Origin: Alphaproteobacteria bacterium
Lineage (GTDB): Bacteria; Pseudomonadota; Alphaproteobacteria; Rs-D84
Reading direction: 5' to 3'
Assembly: GCA_017502865.1 (NCBI GenBank)
Contig: JAFVUD010000005.1
Span: 16,007 to 80,006 of the forward strand
Length of the DNA stretch: 64,000 nt
Every line of letters starts with the position of its first letter. Position 1 is the first letter of the stretch. Positions 9,501 through 18,186 of the stretch are shown here, piece after piece. The position numbers were made by a program, and so were the translations under genes. Below the pieces are notes generated by a model that searched no databases, was not told where the DNA came from, and saw only the letters and a list, made by a program, of their open reading frames with translations.

Positions 9501-12500
9501 GATTGGACCGTTCGGGCTGTACCAGTTGTTACCAACAACGGAACAATCGATACCTGTTTCATAATAGTGCCCCGCAACACAACTGGTTATAACAATGTCG
9601 TTACAGTCGCGGTCATATGCATCGCCACCCCAGAAACATGTCTGTGTACCTGCACCGTTGGCTGCGACATATTCCAGACCGACCTGATAGCAAACACCTT
9701 CATCTGTCGCTGTAACCCCACCGGCCGAGAAGCCCGCTTCTGGACATGAATTCAGCCCACCAACATTGCCTGTATCGGTACCGAAATCACCACCTGGGCA
9801 CCAACTGTTTGGTTCACAGACCGAACATTCGTTTCCTGTGCCTGGGTAATAATAACCTGGATCACAGTGTGTTGTGCCGGCCGCCCACATTGGATATACA
9901 ATGGAATTGTCTGTAACGGCTGTCAATGCTTCTTCTGTGGTCAAGAATTTACCTGTTGAATCGACAATCATAACACCTGAATTGTCTTGTTCTGTATTCA
10001 CGCCCACAAATGTATACCCCGCCAATGCTGGTTTAGTATTCAAACTTGTAATTCCTTGCACTTCACCACCGTCTAAATACCAGCCTGTTGCGTATTTTAA
10101 ATACACAGTCTGTGGGTCGGCTGCCTGATCCGTGCCATCTGCACTTATGGTAATTTCAAAGATATTTGGCTGCCATGCTGCGAACAGTGTCACATTACTG
10201 CCGTCTGCCGACAGATTTTCTGCAACGTTTGAACCGGCTGTATAGCATGTGCCTTTGCCCGCTTTATCTGTGCACCATTTATACAACGGCAGATATCCTG
10301 GTCTGGACAATGCGCGGTTTACGGGCAGGGTACATGACCCACTGTCAAATGTACACTGAACAGATTCCGCAACATCACCTGTACCACCGTTTTTATCCAG
10401 ATAAACTGTATATTTAACTGGATCGCACGATGGTGTGGCACCTGGAACCGGTGTGTATCCCGTTTCGCATGTCAATGTATATTCACATGTTTCATATTCG
10501 CCATTATTCCACATTCCGCGTAAATCATCGTTTGTAGATGTGACTGATGTACTGTGTGCCACATCATCAACTGTCTTGTCGCATGCGACATAACATGTGT
10601 TTATGCTGTCACGTGGGCTAATGGAGCCGTCGCCACCTTCGCAGAATTGACGTTCCAATTCATCGTCGGCACTGTAATAGCCATTTCCCACTGGTGAACA
10701 ACCAACTACGCCTGCACCTGCATAATAGTAACCTGCATCACATGTCAGCGGAACCACACGACAGTTTGTATTGTACACGGCACTGTCGCCACTGCCACTG
10801 GTGTAATAACAATCCCATTGTGCAGTCCCATTCTCGAAATTCTTAGAATCATCTGTTATAACTTTGTGACAATCATTAATGGTTGTACTGCCACTGTTTG
10901 ATGTATAACCGCCCGCTGGACATGTGTCATTACATCCTGTTGTGCCACTGGACACTTCGCCCGCTGCGTCACAGTAATATGGTGCCACGCATGTTGTCCA
11001 TGTGCCGTTGTTCATATATTTACCGGCAACACAGTTTTCGACTGTCTGGCTCCACACTGCGGTCAGTGTTGTATCGCTTAAGAATGTCTTGTTGCTTGGC
11101 AATACACCATCTGCACCAATCACAACATTGCCACTGGTATCTTTATATCCGCCAAACGCATAGTTTGTGCGTGTTGGGACTGTGATTTTTGTCATAGCGG
11201 TTGTCGCAGTCGATGTTGAATAGAATCCAACAGAATACTTTTCATATACCGTCGCTGTGCCACCTGTGCCACCATTTGCATTTAATGTAATTGCATAGAT
11301 GTTTGGTGAACAGATATCTGCCGCATTTGTCGCCGCCGCAACATATGTAAAGCCCTGGTTGCAAGAATAGACAACATCTGGACATGCGTACGCCGATTGT
11401 GAACAGATATTTGGACTGCCATATTCTATAGTACCTGTCTTGCTTTCGTTGGTATATGTAACGGTACCGCGATCGCTTTGTGGTGCCACTGGCGCTGTAC
11501 ACTGAACTGTGCATGATTTTGTACACATTGTGTTTGCACTGCCGGTGGTACAGATATCATATGTACCTGTCCAGCCGTCGCCCAATGTTGAACATTGGGT
11601 TTGGCAATCTGTACATGTACCATATTTTGGGTATTCATCTGCAGCACAATAACAGGTACCTGCCGATGTCGAATTACATGTGCTCCAAATCGCATACAGT
11701 GTCAAATCACCTGTATGTGTTCCTGGATAAATCGCAGTGATTACATCATGTGCATTGCCCTGTGTCAAAGACCATCCTTCGAAATTATGCCCAGGATATG
11801 TTACATTTGGCAACTGGATTGTCCCCGAATTTATGTTATAACTGGTAGTCGGTGTCCCACTGATTGTACCACCATTGGTTTCGTATGTAATTGTCCAGTC
11901 TGATTCCAGCGCATACTGTGCCGTAAATGTGACGTCTTTTGTGTATGTCCATGTGATATATTGATATGCAGGATATGTGGCCGTACCCGATGACCAACCC
12001 GCGAATTTATACCCTACATTTGGTGTACACACCGATGCCGCAGGCAATCTGTAATCGGTGCCATACTGAACCGTTGCACCTGCTGGACTGCCGGTACCGT
12101 TTGCACCGCAATCATAACTGACAGAATATGTATTTACCGTCCATGATGCCCAGAATTCGAAATCACCGATTTCTGTTGCTGTAATGGTAATGGCAGGTGT
12201 GCATTCTGCCGAACCAGATGCTGGGTTTGATGTACACCACCCAGCAAATGTATAACCGGTCTTGGTTGGCGTTATGTCAACATCTGTTCTTGTGCCATAT
12301 GTATGTGTTGTTGGCAATGCTTCTGTCACAGAACCACCATCCAGATTCCATGTGATGTTATAAACCTCGGCTGAACATGATGGTGTTGGTGTGTTGGACC
12401 CGGCCAGGCTTGTGTATCCTGGCAAACATGATGTGGTGTACACACATGAACCACTGCTGGCATTTAATGAACATGTGGCCCCAGTCCCCGGATTACATGC

Positions 12501-14282
12501 GGTACATTCACTCCACTGTGCAGTCAGTACCTGATTACCTGTGTGTGTCCATTGGAATGTGGCACCTGGCATATATACAGCACCCGAACTGGATAATTTC
12601 CATCCCCGGAACGTGGCGGTTGGATGTGTACATACATTTTCTCCAACGGTTACAGTCCGGTTATAGTAAAAATATTCTGGTGTCGGCAGGGTGCCTGAAC
12701 CACCGTTACAGTTATACTGCAAATGATATGACTCTGGTATCATCTTGGCATAATATGTCTTGTCACCGGTTGTGCCAACTGGCAAACTGGTCACTGCGGT
12801 ACCTGTGAAAGAACTGTTTGTGTACCATCCACCGAATGTATATCCTGTTGCACTTGGGGTTGGCAGGGTCACAGCCTGCTTAATCGTGTATGACGTATTG
12901 CCAATTGGTGAATCCAAGGTCACAGCCACAGACGAATCAATCGCATCAATAATGTTATATGTGATATTATATGTTATCGGTGTACACTGTGGTGTCGCAG
13001 TACCCGAATTTCTAATGTTTGAATACCCTGGCAAACATGATGTAGTATACACACATGAACCACTGCTGGTATTCAACGAACATGTTGCACCTTCACCTGG
13101 TTTACATCCTGTACATGAATCCCATTGGGCCACCATTGTGACTTCTTCATCCAGATAATTCCATGTAATACTTGTGCCCGGATTGTATTCGTGTTCAGCA
13201 CCATTGGCTGTATATTTCCATCCTGCAAATGTTGATGTTGAATTAGTACATGTGTTGTTTGGGAATTTAAATGTTGAATCGTATTGAATATCAAGTGTTG
13301 CCGGTGCCGTGCCCGTTCCCGTACCACAGTCAAATATAACCTTAGAAGTGCTTGCCTTGTATGTTGCGTCCAATACATATGAAATATAATCATCCGTATC
13401 GCTTGTCACTTCGGTTCCATCATTTAATACATACGTTGACACAGCGGTACCGTCGTCGTTATTGACAAGACTTTTTAAGTATGCCCCATAAGAGCCTGTC
13501 TCGGCATATGTACATGGCACGGTCGCACCCGCTGTATATGTTTTTCCATTTGATGCGGTCCATTTTTCAAATGTATACCCTGTTTTGTTATATACCGGCA
13601 GTGTATAAGAAGAACCGTATTCACAATGCACATAATAACCGGTGTCGGTGATATGCATGTCGCGTTTGCCATTTACCAACAATTCCATATATATATTATT
13701 GGGGCCCCAATCTGGTGTCACAACCAGCGATGTCACACCCGGGTGCATAATTTTATCATATGTTATGGATTTTCCCCGCTTAACTGTCTGTGTGTCCCCA
13801 GAATTAGTTGTCAGTATCCAGTCATAATAGTTCTGACTGCCAGAATAACCAGATTGCAGGCTCTTTACATGATACCCATCGCGTTCGCAGTATTCTTCTG
13901 GGGCATAGTCGATTGAAAATGCCTCGTTGTATTTTACGTCCATGGCGGCCGGCAATGTTTTTATTTCGGAACCTTCACCACAACTAAACGTCACTTTGAT
14001 TGTATCTTCGACACAACTTTCGCCACTGCCCACGGACGTTGATGTTGAGTCACTGGAATTCACATATCCGTCATTACATGTACATGTTGAACTGGTATTA
14101 TTCGCTGTTGACGTGGAATTTGCTGGACATGATGCGCATATGCCTGTGAATGGCATAAAATATCCCGCATTACACGATGTATAGGTAGATGCACATGTAT
14201 AGCCCGCAGACCATGCATTTTGTGCAAAAACAATCATCAACAAAGTTGCAAAAAAGCCCAGAATTTGGCGGATTTTTCCCAT
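6504..14282 (-). CDS. Giant secreted cysteine-rich modular surface protein (2,592 aa)
   Basis: ATG at 14282 preceded by GAGAGGAAG. Signal peptide MGKIRQILGFFATLLMIVFAQNAWSA. About 9 GY(T/K)F.GW InlB-B-repeat-like units, then ~90-aa Cys-rich modules, six 83-aa tandem modules and a Cys-rich C-terminus. Confidence 0.9.
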   Translation of the reverse strand: MGKIRQILGFFATLLMIVFAQNAWSAGYTCASTYTSCNAGYFMPFTGICASCPANSTSTANNTSSTCTCNDGYVNSSDSTSTSVGSGESCVEDTIKVTFSCGEGSEIKTLPAAMDVKYNEAFSIDYAPEEYCERDGYHVKSLQSGYSGSQNYYDWILTTNSGDTQTVKRGKSITYDKIMHPGVTSLVVTPDWGPNNIYMELLVNGKRDMHITDTGYYVHCEYGSSYTLPVYNKTGYTFEKWTASNGKTYTAGATVPCTYAETGSYGAYLKSLVNNDDGTAVSTYVLNDGTEVTSDTDDYISYVLDATYKASTSKVIFDCGTGTGTAPATLDIQYDSTFKFPNNTCTNSTSTFAGWKYTANGAEHEYNPGTSITWNYLDEEVTMVAQWDSCTGCKPGEGATCSLNTSSGSCVYTTSCLPGYSNIRNSGTATPQCTPITYNITYNIIDAIDSSVAVTLDSPIGNTSYTIKQAVTLPTPSATGYTFGGWYTNSSFTGTAVTSLPVGTTGDKTYYAKMIPESYHLQYNCNGGSGTLPTPEYFYYNRTVTVGENVCTHPTATFRGWKLSSSGAVYMPGATFQWTHTGNQVLTAQWSECTACNPGTGATCSLNASSGSCVYTTSCLPGYTSLAGSNTPTPSCSAEVYNITWNLDGGSVTEALPTTHTYGTRTDVDITPTKTGYTFAGWCTSNPASGSAECTPAITITATEIGDFEFWASWTVNTYSVSYDCGANGTGSPAGATVQYGTDYRLPAASVCTPNVGYKFAGWSSGTATYPAYQYITWTYTKDVTFTAQYALESDWTITYETNGGTISGTPTTSYNINSGTIQLPNVTYPGHNFEGWSLTQGNAHDVITAIYPGTHTGDLTLYAIWSTCNSTSAGTCYCAADEYPKYGTCTDCQTQCSTLGDGWTGTYDICTTGSANTMCTKSCTVQCTAPVAPQSDRGTVTYTNESKTGTIEYGSPNICSQSAYACPDVVYSCNQGFTYVAAATNAADICSPNIYAITLNANGGTGGTATVYEKYSVGFYSTSTATTAMTKITVPTRTNYAFGGYKDTSGNVVIGADGVLPSNKTFLSDTTLTAVWSQTVENCVAGKYMNNGTWTTCVAPYYCDAAGEVSSGTTGCNDTCPAGGYTSNSGSTTINDCHKVITDDSKNFENGTAQWDCYYTSGSGDSAVYNTNCRVVPLTCDAGYYYAGAGVVGCSPVGNGYYSADDELERQFCEGGDGSISPRDSINTCYVACDKTVDDVAHSTSVTSTNDDLRGMWNNGEYETCEYTLTCETGYTPVPGATPSCDPVKYTVYLDKNGGTGDVAESVQCTFDSGSCTLPVNRALSRPGYLPLYKWCTDKAGKGTCYTAGSNVAENLSADGSNVTLFAAWQPNIFEITISADGTDQAADPQTVYLKYATGWYLDGGEVQGITSLNTKPALAGYTFVGVNTEQDNSGVMIVDSTGKFLTTEEALTAVTDNSIVYPMWAAGTTHCDPGYYYPGTGNECSVCEPNSWCPGGDFGTDTGNVGGLNSCPEAGFSAGGVTATDEGVCYQVGLEYVAANGAGTQTCFWGGDAYDRDCNDIVITSCVAGHYYETGIDCSVVGNNWYSPNGPITRTACPNNGVTDTATAATVNECFKTGLAYTPASGNGSGTQTCTYTSGEGSSAKYETDCRDKVITKCNGGYYRENASAIDCVEVGQNYYSEKDDVNRDPCPEGGLTSGTTATASTFCYKTDTPYVAEHGSGVQLCYYNDATSVYDTNCGTIIMQQCDDGYWWENDQDADCSPVDYGYYGPVAHETFTNYMIARQMCPDDGLTATQTSASAAECYHEEVECEIANGSGLQTCNYDEATGNYTNCTTCEVDGCGAGYYELDGKCEICPEGMVCDPTDPDWDGEPKTCSELTNGSHKLSDEGISDINMCYTTCAMGVNATEMSGRDYYGITDTCEITACAAGYFLNNGRCDPCPAGSVCDPSDPDWDGEPKTCAEMTGGKYTMSETGNSDVNMCYADCAKVENATEMTGVDYYGENVPDSCEVVSCEGGYYVKDGEACIICPEGGVCYPGSDHEPKDCYELTGGTHAESDLGTSDESMCYTDCQKPENVMEIIGRDYYGIADTCEVTICDEGYYLSDGACVVCPAGSVCDPHDPDWDGEPKSCSELTGGTHTMSDAGNSDINMCYTTCATGANAAEMSGRDYYGMADTCEIAACGAGYYLSNGTCEVCPAGSVCDPSDPGWDDKPKTCSTLTGGTHTMSDAGISNVNQCYATCAMGANAAEMSGRDYYGMADTCEITACAAGYFLSNGACVLCPEGMVCDPSDPDWDGEPKSCSELTGGTHILSVKGASKAEQCYANCPRTEIENGVGVAAKDTVFWPEQCDYTWTDPDGNPCKVVDGVCVVTECRTGYEMKSGHCEACDRENALTYNNTGVCAVETCVSGYHPNGSRCDANVVECSAPNAVAAQQVWNKNTKSYGICTITECAEEYHLMSNACVADIQDCVVENGIGIKEWNHVTKSWGECQATVCDPGYTNDKFETNEHSKQCGQCKNKFSVLGEVAVSSYVNGCEIATCMYQGEKYILEGNECIPICSEEEHRDETGYMYWDDYSKKCIRECYDGYMPW
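7300..8760 (-). repeat. Six tandem ~250-bp intragenic repeats inside the giant gene
   Basis: The DNA motif catg(a/t)ctttggtt...gggtcaca recurs near 7375, 7630, 7880, 8140, 8395 and 8650. The encoded module is C..CP.G.VCDP.DPDWDGEPK.C.ELTGGTH.MSD...NMCY..C...EMSGRDYYG.ADTCE..AC.AGY.L.NG. Confidence 0.9.
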
Positions 14283-14361
14283 ATCTTCCTCTCTTTTGTA
14301 TAAAATGGTAGTAAAATCACTGCCACATACGCAAGCGAAAAAATAGGACATTTTTTAATAA

Positions 14362-14393
14362 ATAAAAAAATCCGCCGAAAACGGCGAATTTTT
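14362..14393 (-). terminator. Terminator after tRNA(CAT)
   Basis: Minus-sense TTCGCCG-TTTT-CGGCGGA followed by TTTTTTT. Confidence 0.8.
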
Positions 14394-14397
14394 ATTC

Positions 14398-14473
14398 TGG
14401 TGGGTTAGGTAGGACTCGAACCCACGACCAAAGCGTTATGAGCGCTCCGCTCTAACCACTGAGCTACTAACCC
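14398..14473 (-). tRNA. tRNA with CAT anticodon (elongator Met or Ile2-lysidine type), CCA encoded
   Basis: Acceptor GGGTTAG/CTAACCC, anticodon loop CTCATAA, T-arm GTGGGTTCGAGTCCTAC. It lacks the initiator GGG/CCC anticodon stem. Confidence 0.9.
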
Positions 14474-14575
14474 ACGGCCACACATTATATATACTTTCGA
14501 TTTTTATGCAAGGGAAAAAAATTCAACAGGGCGATTTGCTTTATAACAATATTGCGATTTGATAAATTTTATGCC

Positions 14576-15862
14576 ATGATATCAACCATGGCACTGATTG
14601 CACCGATTTTAAGTGATACACAAATGACTGCGTTCAACACAATCGAACGCACAAATTCCAATCTGCTTATCATGGGCCAGGCTGGAACCGGAAAATCCAC
14701 ATTTGTAAATTACCTGAAATCTGCATCAAAAAAAAGAATAATCTGTGCATGTCCAACGGCGGTGTCCGCATTAAATATTGGCGGTCAAACGATTCATTCG
14801 CTGTTTCAAATCCAGCCACGTGATTTTATTATGCCCGAATTATTAAAGTTAAAGGCAAAACCACGTAATATTTTAACCGCCACAGATGTTTTAATCATCG
14901 ATGAAATTTCAATGGTTGCCCCCGATTTGCTGGATGCGATTGACATACTGGCACGTATGGCCCGCCGCAACAATGAACCATTTGGTGGAATCCAGGTTGT
15001 TGCCATTGGTGATTTGTTTCAATTGCCCCCGGTTATAACACGTGCAGCAACCGAATATTATCGTGATGCATACGAACACGAAAACGCATATTTCTTTGAC
15101 AGTAATGTTTATCGCCGTTCAAACTTTATTCGATTTAACTTTGATCATGTCTATCGTCAAAACGATGGGGCACTGCTGGAAAATTTGGTGCGATTGCGTA
15201 ATCGTGATATTGGTGCACTGGAATTCTTTAATGATTGTAAAATAGACGACCCTGAACGTCGTTCTAATGCTGTTTTAATCACGCCGTTTCGTGATGTGGC
15301 CGAACGTATAAACACAATGCGCCTGAATCAAATAAATGCCCCAGAATTTGTTTATAATGGTGTTCTGTCGGGCAATTTTTCAGATCGTGATGTTCCTGCA
15401 CCATTAAACCTGACGTTAAAAGTAGGGGCGTTGGTCGTATTTGTAAAAAACGGTGATAAATGGCACAACGGTTCTATGGGGATTGTTCGTGATATGACCG
15501 CCCGCAACATAACGGTCCAGTTGTTGTCAGACACACGTGAAACAGTTGTTGTAAAGCCAGAAAAATGGGAAAAGATTGAATATTCCCGTGATGAAAACGA
15601 CCGCATTGTCGAAAACGAAGTAGGGGCGTATAAGCAGTTTCCATTAAACCTGGGCTATGCCATGACCATACACAAGGCCCAGGGAAAAACACTGGATGCG
15701 GTTGTTATTGATATGGCACGTGGTGCATTTGCCCATGGCCAAACCTATGTTGCATTATCACGCACCCGCAGTGCAACTGATATGCACATTGCATACCCAT
15801 TACGTCCACGTGATGTTATATTTGATAATCGTGTGTTGGATTTTGTTAACGCTGATTTTTAA
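14576..15862 (+). CDS. PIF1/RecD-like superfamily-1 DNA helicase
   Basis: Walker A GQAGTGKST, Walker B IIDEISMV, GDLFQLPPV, AMTIHKAQGKTLD, YVALSRTRS. The start is uncertain (TTG at 14552, ATG at 14576 or 14588). Confidence 0.8.
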   Translation: MISTMALIAPILSDTQMTAFNTIERTNSNLLIMGQAGTGKSTFVNYLKSASKKRIICACPTAVSALNIGGQTIHSLFQIQPRDFIMPELLKLKAKPRNILTATDVLIIDEISMVAPDLLDAIDILARMARRNNEPFGGIQVVAIGDLFQLPPVITRAATEYYRDAYEHENAYFFDSNVYRRSNFIRFNFDHVYRQNDGALLENLVRLRNRDIGALEFFNDCKIDDPERRSNAVLITPFRDVAERINTMRLNQINAPEFVYNGVLSGNFSDRDVPAPLNLTLKVGALVVFVKNGDKWHNGSMGIVRDMTARNITVQLLSDTRETVVVKPEKWEKIEYSRDENDRIVENEVGAYKQFPLNLGYAMTIHKAQGKTLDAVVIDMARGAFAHGQTYVALSRTRSATDMHIAYPLRPRDVIFDNRVLDFVNADF

Positions 15863-16877
15863 TATCTTGCTTCATCAACGAATAAAACCATTCGCCATTA
15901 TACCGCAAATCATCCAGATTTACATTCCCGCCATTGACCAGTTTGTCTATTGGTGGCACTGGCTGACCCGCCCAGCGCATTGCGTTCACAATGGCATTTC
16001 GTTCTGCTTCGAATAACAAAACCCCATCATCGGTCAGTGCCTGTGGTTTTACCAAACCGTCATTTTTGTGTTCTTCGCCGAATCCAGTATTTGTTTCACC
16101 AACTGCGAACACGTGTGCACCGCCCTGGGGAAAATAGACCGGCGGTAAATCTGCCCAGTTATCGGTCACATAGTCTGAAAATTTGTTGTGAAAATTCATT
16201 CGTGTATCAGATGCCGACATAAACGACAATGTTGTGAACTTTGGGTGTTCCAGTGGTGCAATTGGACCGTGCTGAATCACAATAATATTTCGCTGAATCT
16301 GGCGAATGGCCTCCGGGCTGCCCCCCATAGTTTTTAATTTGCCCGCCATATATTGCCCCAGCATATACAACGTCGCCGCCCCATGTGAATGTACATAGAA
16401 TCTAACGAATGATGCATTATACGCTGTCTTGTCCACTTGGACACCGTTGGTGTCCAATACTAGTATTGGAAGAATAACTTTGTTATACAGTTGTTCGATA
16501 TATCGTGGCGTTGGTTCGTTTGAATCCATTAAATCTGTATAACTGTCTATGACAAATTGCAACCGTCCTGTTTTTCTAAGTTTGTGCCCCGCACGTTTGA
16601 ATAAATTTATGCGTTCAACACCCGGGTCACGTGAACCAAAATCATAGTATGCTGAATAAATGTCTGCATCTGTAATACTGGCGGATTCTAATGTCGATTT
16701 AATCTGTTTGATATAATAATTTGCATTCCGTGGTGTAAATGTTAACTCGCCACCGATTATAATAATTGTTGGGCGTTGTGGCACGATTGTACCCGCTGCA
16801 ACAACGCCCCAGACGTTTTTATCGTCTTTTGGAACTGCTTTGACAATATCAATATTACTTGGTTTGTAATCGTGCAT
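15846..16877 (-). CDS. Hypothetical protein, possible alpha/beta-hydrolase fold
   Basis: 343 aa. FYVHSHGAATLY resembles a nucleophile elbow (x-H-S-H-G). It is the last gene of the lon-like operon, and its 3' end overlaps the convergent helicase by 17 nt. Confidence 0.5.
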   Translation of the reverse strand: MHDYKPSNIDIVKAVPKDDKNVWGVVAAGTIVPQRPTIIIIGGELTFTPRNANYYIKQIKSTLESASITDADIYSAYYDFGSRDPGVERINLFKRAGHKLRKTGRLQFVIDSYTDLMDSNEPTPRYIEQLYNKVILPILVLDTNGVQVDKTAYNASFVRFYVHSHGAATLYMLGQYMAGKLKTMGGSPEAIRQIQRNIIVIQHGPIAPLEHPKFTTLSFMSASDTRMNFHNKFSDYVTDNWADLPPVYFPQGGAHVFAVGETNTGFGEEHKNDGLVKPQALTDDGVLLFEAERNAIVNAMRWAGQPVPPIDKLVNGGNVNLDDLRYNGEWFYSLMKQDIKNQR

Positions 16878-16883
16878 TGTTTT

Positions 16884-17270
16884 TTATATATCCTTTCGCA
16901 TCATAATGGCATCAACGCCATCATAGTACCGTGGTCGCACGCCAATCTGCACAAATCCATTCTGTTCATACAGTGCACGTGCCGGTGTGTTATCCGCCGC
17001 CACCTCTAAGAATATATGTTTTACGCCTGATTTTTTCAAGTCTGCTTCCATCACGCCCAATAACGCAACCCCAATCCCCGTGCGACGTGCATCGGGATGA
17101 ACACCTATTGTGATAATTTCCGCTTCGTCCAGGGTTGTTCGATATACGATGAAACCATTTTGACTGGCAATAATTTCACAGCCCGATTTTTTCAAGTCAC
17201 CAAAATCATCGGCCGACCATGGCTTGTGCGGGAAGCACAGTTTATGAAGATTTGCTAATTCTTTTAACAT
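16884..17270 (-). CDS. rimI: Ribosomal-protein-alanine N-acetyltransferase (GNAT)
   Basis: 128 aa. Acetyl-CoA motif RRTGIGVALL. It is adjacent to and overlaps tsaB, the usual arrangement. Confidence 0.75.
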   Translation of the reverse strand: MLKELANLHKLCFPHKPWSADDFGDLKKSGCEIIASQNGFIVYRTTLDEAEIITIGVHPDARRTGIGVALLGVMEADLKKSGVKHIFLEVAADNTPARALYEQNGFVQIGVRPRYYDGVDAIMMRKDI

Positions 17271-17806
17271 TTTTTGTTTTCTTCGGCATAACTGGGACGC
17301 AGATACATTGGCACAACTGGTTCTAAATTCCCCGATGCAATTTTTTGTTCCGCAATCTGGGTACCTAATTTCAAATCAAATGGTCTGTGCCCAACTGTGC
17401 GTGACCATTCCATCTGTTTTGTTTCGATTTCTTCGATTTCCATTGTGCATGGTTCCAATCCATTTGCCCCAACAAAGAAGTCCCCTCGACCAGACTCAAT
17501 CGCAACAAACGCATCTGGTGTGGCGGCCAAATATAAATCAAATGCACTGATACCAACCACTGGGATATTCAATCCCATTGCCAATCCTTTGGCATATGCA
17601 ATCCCCAAACGAATTCCTGTAAAACTGCCCGGTCCAATAACAACACCAATGGCACTTAAATCATTCCACTTTGTGCCACATTCATCCATAAACTTTTCGC
17701 ATTCTGTGGCCAACGCAACCGATTGCTTTTCAACCGAAACAGATTTGTATTTGTTGCCCAATACAAATTCTAAATCTTTGCCAGATGTGTTTATGATTAA
17801 AATCAT
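17264..17806 (-). CDS. tsaB: tRNA t6A biosynthesis protein TsaB (short form)
   Basis: MILIINTSG...GPGSFTGIRLGIAYAKG motif. At 180 aa it is shorter than usual. Confidence 0.75.
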   Translation of the reverse strand: MILIINTSGKDLEFVLGNKYKSVSVEKQSVALATECEKFMDECGTKWNDLSAIGVVIGPGSFTGIRLGIAYAKGLAMGLNIPVVGISAFDLYLAATPDAFVAIESGRGDFFVGANGLEPCTMEIEEIETKQMEWSRTVGHRPFDLKLGTQIAEQKIASGNLEPVVPMYLRPSYAEENKKC

Positions 17807-18186
17807 TTTTGTTTTTCCTTGAATTGATTCAGCATATCAAACATGTAATGTGCGATTGTGCCTGCATGCCTGTGTTCACGTTTTGTTTCCTTGTCATTGA
17901 CCAGCATTTTATAGTGGTGCGAAATCATCATCGCTGGCACCCCGGGACAGTGCACCTTTAATGCAACAATATCATACCGCCCAGATTTTCCAATAACATA
18001 ATCATTTCGCAATGGCTTGCCCGGCACAGGTTCACTTTCTGTGCGAATTTGAAATTCGTGTGTCTGGGCATATTCTTCGATTTCTTTGAACAAATCAATC
18101 TGTTCCCAACCGTCGCCAATAATCGCCGCACGCACCGGCACGCCATTCAAAACAATGTCTGCAATATCTGGACGTTTTTTAGCCAT
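17803..18186 (-). CDS. Hypothetical protein (127 aa) translationally coupled to the lon-like gene
   Basis: Its ATG shares one nt with the upstream TAA (TAATG at 18188..18184), and there is a 4-nt overlap with tsaB. No Lon protease motifs are present. Confidence 0.5.
   Translation of the reverse strand: MAKKRPDIADIVLNGVPVRAAIIGDGWEQIDLFKEIEEYAQTHEFQIRTESEPVPGKPLRNDYVIGKSGRYDIVALKVHCPGVPAMMISHHYKMLVNDKETKREHRHAGTIAHYMFDMLNQFKEKQK

Noticed and set aside
6862-14184. About 25 plus- and minus-strand ORFs of 60-143 aa lying inside the giant gene (e.g. 12377-12808, 12760-13158, 13073-13393).
   Set aside because: All are nested in or antisense to a 7.8-kb ORF with clear coding periodicity and repeat structure. 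Their translations are low-complexity mirror images (His/Cys/Thr/Leu-rich) with no starts supported by an RBS. They are artefacts of a long stop-poor region.
14283-14351. The track start of the giant ORF (MSYFFACVCGSDFTTILYKREED...).
   Set aside because: The internal ATG at 14282 has an SD (GAGGAAG) and opens directly with a canonical signal peptide. The upstream 23 codons run into the tRNA terminator region.
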